Origin: an uncultured archaeon
Lineage (GTDB): Archaea > Iainarchaeota > Iainarchaeia > Iainarchaeales > CSSED10-239
DNA length: 8,457 nucleotides
Direction of reading: 5' to 3'
Assembly (NCBI GenBank): GCA_964586355.1
Contig: CAZPGO010000002.1
Span: 1 to 8,457 of the forward strand
The notes beneath the pieces were generated by a model that searched no databases, was not told the origin of the DNA, and worked only from the letters and a program-made list of their open reading frames with translations. Of the stretch, positions 3,719 through 8,457 are shown one piece after another (the stretch's first letter is position 1; each line of letters opens with the position of its first letter). Position numbers and translations under genes: made by a program.

Positions 3719-5980
3719 ATGAATTTAAAAATTATTTTTAAAAGTTTTAATTTGCTATTAATCTTTATTTTTTTATTTTCAACGGTTTTTGCTGAGATTA
3801 ATGTTGTTGACTTTAGTAGTGATGCTAAGGAGCCTGGTTTTTTGGGTATTGGTGATTCTATTTCTTTTTATATTAAATTAAATGAACCCATAGAAAACTT
3901 AGAAATTAGTCCAAAAGAATATAATTCTAAATTAATAGAATGGAAATCAAATAAAGATCATTCAGTTTATTCTGCAAAATATGTTGTAGAAGAAGGAGAT
4001 CCTTCTCATAAAGATCCTTTGCAATTAGGTGTTTTAGTTTTAAGATCGGCTGATGATGAATTAAAATTAGAATCAAAAAAAATTGTTTTTAAGTCAATAG
4101 ATTCTATAAGACCAAAAATTATTGATGTTATTTTTTCAAATATATCTTATTTAAATAAAGAAAATTATCCTCTTACTTTTTTGCTTGATAGAAAAGAGGT
4201 TGATGGTATTTTAACGTATTCTTTTTTCTCGAAAAATCAAGACATTACAAGAACTATTGAATTAAATGAGCTTTATTCTCGTGTAGAGGGCGTTATTGAT
4301 TTACAAAAAGAGGTTCCTTTAACAATATATGAAAATCTTTCTTTTTTTGAAGATGGTCTTGTTTTTTTAAAATTAAAAATAACTGATCATGCAAATAATT
4401 CTGTTTATTTTGAAGCAGACATTATTAAAGACGATATTTTACCTGAAATAGTAAAAATTGATGCTGATTTTATTACAAATACTAATTTTGAATCTTATTC
4501 TTTAGATTTAAAAATAAACAAACCATGTAAATTAGCAAAATTTATTTTTGCCGACACTCAAAACACTTTAAGTTTTGAAAGAAATTTTGATGAGGTTAAA
4601 AATCTAGATCATTCTTTTTCTGATTTTGATCTCTCTAAATTAAAGGATGGTGTTGTTACTTTAAATGTTGTTTTATTTGATTTGTCAAATAACGAAAGTA
4701 AACTTTATGAATTTGATTTATATAAAGACACTGTGATTCCAAAATTAAATTTAGATCAAGAAAATTTAATTTTACATAATAAAAAAGAAATTACTTTTAC
4801 TGGTTTAGTTATTGACAATTTGCATGAAAATATAAAAGTTAATTATTCTAAAACTCATGAGTCTGGTGATGTTCAAGATCTTGATGTTTTATATGATTGT
4901 TCTGTATTTTATAGTCCATGTTGTTCAGGTAACGGCTATAATTATGTTACTTGTGAAATTGATGGTTTAGTTGAAGGAAATAATAAAATATTAATTAGGG
5001 CTATTGATAGAGTAGGTAATGAAGACAAAAAAGAAATTAGTCTGTCTATTAGTACAGAACCTGTTGATTTAAAATTTCATTATGGAAATAGGTTTGTTGT
5101 AAATACCGCTCCTTCTGTGATAAAGGGAGATGCGATTTTAAATCCAATTGCTAATGTTAAAACTTTTGTTGCTGTTTTAAGGCTTGTGGATTCAACACAA
5201 CCTCTTAAATATAATAAATATGCTCCAATAATAGATGGTGATAATTTTCTTATTGATTTAGAAAAACCAATTAGTGGTAGTAATCTTTTTTTGCCTTTAG
5301 TAGAGGGTGAGTATCTTTTAACTATTTTTTTAAAAGATGATTATGGTAATTCTATTTCTAAAGCACAAGTCATTATAATTGATAGTACAGCACCACAATT
5401 AGAAATAAATAATCTGTCTACAAGTAATAGACAACCAACAATTACTGGTAAGGTTGTTGATAAAACAAAAACAGATGTTTTGATAACTATTAATTCAAAC
5501 GACTATGTTGCTACTGTTGTTGATGGTTCATGGAGTGCACAAATTACAAATACTTTGCCTCTTGGTATTCAAAATGTAAAAGTTGTTGCAAAGGATGAGG
5601 CAAATAACCGATCCGAAATTGAAAGCACGGTGTCTATTAATTCTACTGGTGGTGGTTCTAGATTTACTGCTTTGCCAGCACAAGAAGCACTTCCAGAGCA
5701 AGAGCAAGAAACTGTTTCAGAGAGTGTTGTTGATGAAACTCCAGTGATTTTAGATGATTCGCCGAATAATTTGCCAGCTCCTTCTCAAAGCAATACATTA
5801 CAAGAACCGATTGAAAATCTAGAATTTATTGAAGATCAAGTTGAACAACCACAAACAACAGGTGGACTAACTGGTTTTGTTGGTTTTGCTAATAAACCAC
5901 AAGGCATTGTAACAATAGTTCTTAGTATTTTTTCTGTTGTTGGTGTTTTGGGCTATTTGTTTGTTTTTAAGAAAAGATAA
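3719..5980 (+). CDS. Large cell-surface protein with tandem bacterial-Ig-like modules and a C-terminal membrane anchor
   Basis: The ORF is 753 aa with a signal-peptide-like N-terminus (FNLLLIFIFLFSTVFA). There are at least five module ends with the D-x-x-(G/A/S)-N motif followed by a D..x.P boundary: ITDHANNS..KDDILPEI, LFDLSNNES..KDTVIPKL, AIDRVGNED, LKDDYGNS..IDSTAPQL and AKDEANNRS. The module TITGKVVDKTKTDVLITINSNDYVATVVDGSWSAQI is classic for Ig-like adhesin repeats. There is a Cys cluster (CSVFYSPCCSGNGYNYVTC). The protein ends with an acidic Pro/Gln/Glu linker, a TM helix and a KKR tail (GIVTIVLSIFSVVGVLGYLFVFKKR). Confidence 0.85.
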   Translation: MNLKIIFKSFNLLLIFIFLFSTVFAEINVVDFSSDAKEPGFLGIGDSISFYIKLNEPIENLEISPKEYNSKLIEWKSNKDHSVYSAKYVVEEGDPSHKDPLQLGVLVLRSADDELKLESKKIVFKSIDSIRPKIIDVIFSNISYLNKENYPLTFLLDRKEVDGILTYSFFSKNQDITRTIELNELYSRVEGVIDLQKEVPLTIYENLSFFEDGLVFLKLKITDHANNSVYFEADIIKDDILPEIVKIDADFITNTNFESYSLDLKINKPCKLAKFIFADTQNTLSFERNFDEVKNLDHSFSDFDLSKLKDGVVTLNVVLFDLSNNESKLYEFDLYKDTVIPKLNLDQENLILHNKKEITFTGLVIDNLHENIKVNYSKTHESGDVQDLDVLYDCSVFYSPCCSGNGYNYVTCEIDGLVEGNNKILIRAIDRVGNEDKKEISLSISTEPVDLKFHYGNRFVVNTAPSVIKGDAILNPIANVKTFVAVLRLVDSTQPLKYNKYAPIIDGDNFLIDLEKPISGSNLFLPLVEGEYLLTIFLKDDYGNSISKAQVIIIDSTAPQLEINNLSTSNRQPTITGKVVDKTKTDVLITINSNDYVATVVDGSWSAQITNTLPLGIQNVKVVAKDEANNRSEIESTVSINSTGGGSRFTALPAQEALPEQEQETVSESVVDETPVILDDSPNNLPAPSQSNTLQEPIENLEFIEDQVEQPQTTGGLTGFVGFANKPQGIVTIVLSIFSVVGVLGYLFVFKKR

Positions 5981-5985
5981 TTTTT

Positions 5986-6849
5986 ATGTCTTTTACTTTT
6001 TTTTCTATTTTGGGTGTTGCTGAAATTAAATGTACTGCTTGTAATAGATATTGTGTAATTAAAGAAAACCAAACTGGTTTTTGTAAGGTTAGAAAAAACA
6101 TTAATGGTTCGTTAGTTTCTTTAGTTGATAACAAGCCCATTGCTATTGCCATAGATCCAATTGAAAAGAAACCACTTTATCATTTTTTACCTAAAACAAA
6201 AACTCTTTCTTTTGGTACTGTTGGTTGTAATTTTGATTGTGCTTTTTGTCAAAATTTTTCAATATCTAATCCAAAAGAATTCAATTTGGATTTGTTACCT
6301 ATGGTGTCTGAACAGCAGATTATTGATCTCGCACTAAAAAATAATTTGCCCTCTATTTCTTACACCTATAATGAGCCAACAGTTTTTTCTGAGTTTGCAC
6401 TAAGGGTTATGAAGTTAGCTAAGAAAAATAATCTAAAAAATATCTGGGTAAGTAACGGATACATGTCTAAAGAGGTTTTAAAAGAGCTAACCAAGTATCT
6501 TGATGCTATTAACATAGATCTAAAAGGTGATCAAGCTTTTTATGATAACTTGATTCCTGGCATTAATGTTGATATAATTAAAGAGAACATAAAATATTTG
6601 CATAAAAAAGGTGTCCACGTAGAAATAACTAATCTATTACTTGAAGGTTATAATACTAAGAAAGAACAGATTCAGGAAATAATTGATTTTGTTTCTTCTA
6701 TATCTTCTGATATTCCTCTTCATTTTTCTAGATCTTTTCCTTGTTATAGATTAAAGGATATTACTCCTACAAAAATAGAGTCTCTTAAACTAGCAAAAGA
6801 TCTTGCAATTTCTAGTAGATTAAAGAATATTTATTTAGGAAACATTTGA
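5986..6849 (+). CDS. Radical SAM enzyme, AmmeMemoRadiSam-system / PflA-activase-like
   Basis: The ORF is 287 aa. It has an N-terminal auxiliary Cys motif (CTACNRYCVIKENQTGFCKVRKN), then DPIEKKPLYHF, then the CX3CX2C core (GCNFDCAFCQN). The C-terminal end is KNIYLGNI. This order of blocks is what I recall for TIGR04337-type enzymes. The start is 5 nt after the stop of the 753-aa gene. Confidence 0.8.
   Translation: MSFTFFSILGVAEIKCTACNRYCVIKENQTGFCKVRKNINGSLVSLVDNKPIAIAIDPIEKKPLYHFLPKTKTLSFGTVGCNFDCAFCQNFSISNPKEFNLDLLPMVSEQQIIDLALKNNLPSISYTYNEPTVFSEFALRVMKLAKKNNLKNIWVSNGYMSKEVLKELTKYLDAINIDLKGDQAFYDNLIPGINVDIIKENIKYLHKKGVHVEITNLLLEGYNTKKEQIQEIIDFVSSISSDIPLHFSRSFPCYRLKDITPTKIESLKLAKDLAISSRLKNIYLGNI
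6783..6849 (+). repeat. Direct repeat, left copy (the functional 3' end of the radical SAM gene)
   Basis: Positions 6791-6849 match 8141-8199 at a constant offset of 1350 with 4 mismatches. Two of those convert TGA to TAG. The match extends about 7 nt further left with a 1-nt indel. Confidence 0.9.
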
Positions 6850-6853
6850 TTTT

Positions 6854-8044
6854 TTATTCGCAGATTTTTTTAAGATTGGTAGGATCGTAAATTGTAATAT
6901 CTTCTATTTTTTGTTTGTTATTTTTTTCTTTTACAAATAAAAATTTTGTTTTTGCATCAATATTTAGATTTTCTTTAACAGTAGTTATTTTTACTGCATC
7001 TATTTTTTTCCATTTGATAGATCCAACAATTTCTATTTTTTTAAATTTTTTTAAAACCACATCAATTTCTTGATCTGGTTTATTATAGATTACTTTTGTC
7101 AAACCTTTTTTTTCTATTAATAAATCAGAAATAAAATCTTCTATATAAAAGGACACTTTATTTTGCCAGGCTTCTATTATTTCTTTTTCACTTACATTCT
7201 CGCCATATTTTGTATTTAAGTAAAAGAAAAAATCTATTGGTGTTGATTTTATTTTATATTTGTATCTTTTTTGATTATATATTTGTGTTTTTTCTAAAAC
7301 CCCTATATTTACTAATGTATTAATATATGCTGATATTGCTCCAGGCGTTTCTTTTGAAATTATTTTTTGGTTATATAAATTTGTAGTAATTTCTCCAATA
7401 GTTTGATGTCCTGTAGATACATTTCTAATAATGGCGTCATATGTTTCTGTTAATATTTTATCTTCATCTTCAAAGATCTCTCCAAATAATGCCACTGACC
7501 AATATTTTGCAAATTTATAGTATTTTAATAAAAAATCAGTAAACTTTTCTTTTTGATCATATAGTTCTATCAATGTTGGCTCTCTAAAAAATATTGCTTG
7601 TTCCATAAAATTGTTTTTATTTTTTAAATTAGTAATTATTTCACAAGGGGTTATTAATCTAAATTCTATGGGATAAACTAATCCTAAAATAGGGGATTTA
7701 CTTGCTAATATTTTTTTTGCAATATGTAAAGAGGATGTTATTATAATTAAATTATTTAGTCTTTGACTATGTAAAAAATCAGTAAAATCATCTCCTAGTC
7801 TATGAAATTCATCAACCACTATAACTTTGTCTTTGTTTTCTAATATATATCTTTTTAGTTCTTCATATTGCCAATTTTCATTAGTTTCTACGTTTTTTAT
7901 TGACTTGTCTCTATATATGAAAAAAAACTTATTATATTTTATAAAGTTTTGAACATAAAATGATTTTCCTGTTTTTCGTCTACCATAAACTAGTTTTATT
8001 TTATTTGTTTTAAATTCTTTTAAATAGTTTCTAGTTATAATCAT
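6854..8044 (-). CDS. AAA-type ATPase of the archaeal ATPase (Arch_ATPase) family with wHTH and a DUF234-like C-terminal domain
   Basis: The ORF is 396 aa. Walker A is VYGRRKTGKS (residues 19-28) and Walker B is VIVVDEFH (residues 74-81). A wHTH-like segment reads TIGEITTNL...ISAYINTLVNIGVLEK. The C-terminal QEIDVV...IVGSIKWKK resembles the DUF234 signature. The gene converges on the radical SAM gene with only 4 nt between the two stops. Confidence 0.8.
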   Translation of the reverse strand: MIITRNYLKEFKTNKIKLVYGRRKTGKSFYVQNFIKYNKFFFIYRDKSIKNVETNENWQYEELKRYILENKDKVIVVDEFHRLGDDFTDFLHSQRLNNLIIITSSLHIAKKILASKSPILGLVYPIEFRLITPCEIITNLKNKNNFMEQAIFFREPTLIELYDQKEKFTDFLLKYYKFAKYWSVALFGEIFEDEDKILTETYDAIIRNVSTGHQTIGEITTNLYNQKIISKETPGAISAYINTLVNIGVLEKTQIYNQKRYKYKIKSTPIDFFFYLNTKYGENVSEKEIIEAWQNKVSFYIEDFISDLLIEKKGLTKVIYNKPDQEIDVVLKKFKKIEIVGSIKWKKIDAVKITTVKENLNIDAKTKFLFVKEKNNKQKIEDITIYDPTNLKKICE

Positions 8045-8080
8045 AATTATAATAATTGTGATTATATTTAAAAATAGATC
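8045..8080 (-). promoter_or_regulatory. TATA-like box for the ATPase gene
   Basis: The minus strand reads ctatttttaaatataatcacaattattataattATG. The TTTAAATA core corresponds to plus-strand positions about 8063-8070, roughly 23 nt from the ATG. This spacing would fit an archaeal leaderless or short-leader transcript. Confidence 0.4.
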
Positions 8081-8133
8081 TATTTCTATTAAGCCCTATA
8101 TTTACCCTGTGCATATTTATAAAATTGTACCGA

Positions 8134-8199
8134 TCTTAACTAGCAAAAGATCTTGCAATTTCTAGTGGATTAAAGAATGTTTATTTAGGAAACATTTAG
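8134..8199 (+). repeat. Direct repeat, right copy (orphan 3' end of the radical SAM gene)
   Basis: It would encode LAKDLAISSGLKNVYLGNI-TAG in the original frame, compared with LAKDLAISSRLKNIYLGNI-TGA in the intact gene. No upstream coding sequence is attached to it. Confidence 0.9.
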
Positions 8200-8204
8200 A
8201 AAAA

Positions 8205-8457
8205 TTAAAAAATCCCAAAAAACTTAAGGATTAACATTGTTCCAAGCCCTGCAATTCCAAATATTGCTGATACAATTATTGTTGCCCAAATAGGTAGTTT
8301 AATGCCTAGTAAAAAATTACATACTAAAAACCCAACAACTCCAACAATACTATTTAGTAAAATATTTTTTAAAAAAAAGATTATGATTATTGCTAAAATA
8401 ATAAAAATAACTCCAAATATTAAAACCTTAGGGTTATTGATAAGACCAGTAGCAGTA
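8205..8457 (-). CDS. Small multi-pass membrane protein, BofA-like (pro-sigmaK processing inhibitor family fold). C-terminal 83 codons only; the 5' end lies beyond the window.
   Basis: Hand translation of the minus strand gives TATGLINNPKVLIFGVIFIILAIIIIFFLKNILLNSIVGVVGFLVCNFLLGIKLPIWATIIVSAIFGIAGLGTMLILKFFGIF, with the stop at 8207-8205. The pattern N-S-I-x-G-x-x-G......I..N/P.W....V.A..G.PG resembles BofA-family proteins as I recall them. It is not in the ORF track because of edge truncation. Confidence 0.6.
   Translation of the reverse strand, partial: TATGLINNPKVLIFGVIFIILAIIIIFFLKNILLNSIVGVVGFLVCNFLLGIKLPIWATIIVSAIFGIAGLGTMLILKFFGIF

Noticed and set aside
5967-6152. 61-aa minus-strand ORF from the supplied track
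   Set aside because: It is antisense to the well-supported 5' end of the radical SAM gene, which encodes the auxiliary Cys motif. It is a shadow ORF.
6850-8133. IS element or transposon carrying the ATPase gene
   Set aside because: There is no transposase or integrase ORF in any frame. I could find no terminal inverted repeats at 6850 and 8133. The flanking duplication is about 66 bp, far longer than a typical target-site duplication. It is kept as an att-like cassette finding instead.
1-8457. tRNA, rRNA or other structured RNA genes
   Set aside because: I noticed no G+C-rich, stem-forming island in the intergenic regions, which are almost entirely A/T. A covariance-model scan would be needed to exclude small RNAs formally.

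Overview
This is a very AT-rich 8.5-kb window (by eye well under one-third G+C) that uses the standard code, with TGA, TAA and TAG all acting as stops. Gene content suggests a small-genome archaeon, possibly DPANN-like. The relevant genes are an EndoQ-like PHP protein, an Arch_ATPase/DUF234-type ATPase, an AmmeMemoRadiSam-type radical SAM enzyme, a BofA-like membrane protein and Ig-repeat surface proteins. This host assignment is inference, and an ultra-small bacterium cannot be excluded.

Gene order:
- 1-558 (-): PHP/EndoQ-like gene, partial.
- 672-1955 (+): 427-aa secreted protein.
- 1952-2173 (+): 73-aa single-pass membrane protein, start overlapping the upstream stop.
- 2407-2963 (+): RHH antitoxin plus RelE/ParE-like toxin pair.
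- 2964-3540: patchwork of gene remnants.
- 3719-5980 (+): 753-aa multi-Ig-like surface protein with a C-terminal membrane anchor.
- 5986-6849 (+): radical SAM enzyme.
- 6854-8044 (-): AAA ATPase with a DUF234-like C-terminus.
- 8205-8457 (-): BofA-like membrane protein, partial.

The most unusual property is structural rather than a single gene. About 1.3 kb (2233-3540) is assembled largely from truncated, 92-96 percent identical copies of pieces of four other genes in the same window. The same artificial junction occurs twice. The toxin-antitoxin pair sits behind a duplicated promoter block. The ATPase gene is bracketed by about 66-bp direct repeats that duplicate the 3' end of the radical SAM gene, which resembles an att site, yet no integrase or transposase is present. 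I saw no rRNA, tRNA, CRISPR array or recognisable IS element. All product calls come from motif recognition by eye, not from database searches.
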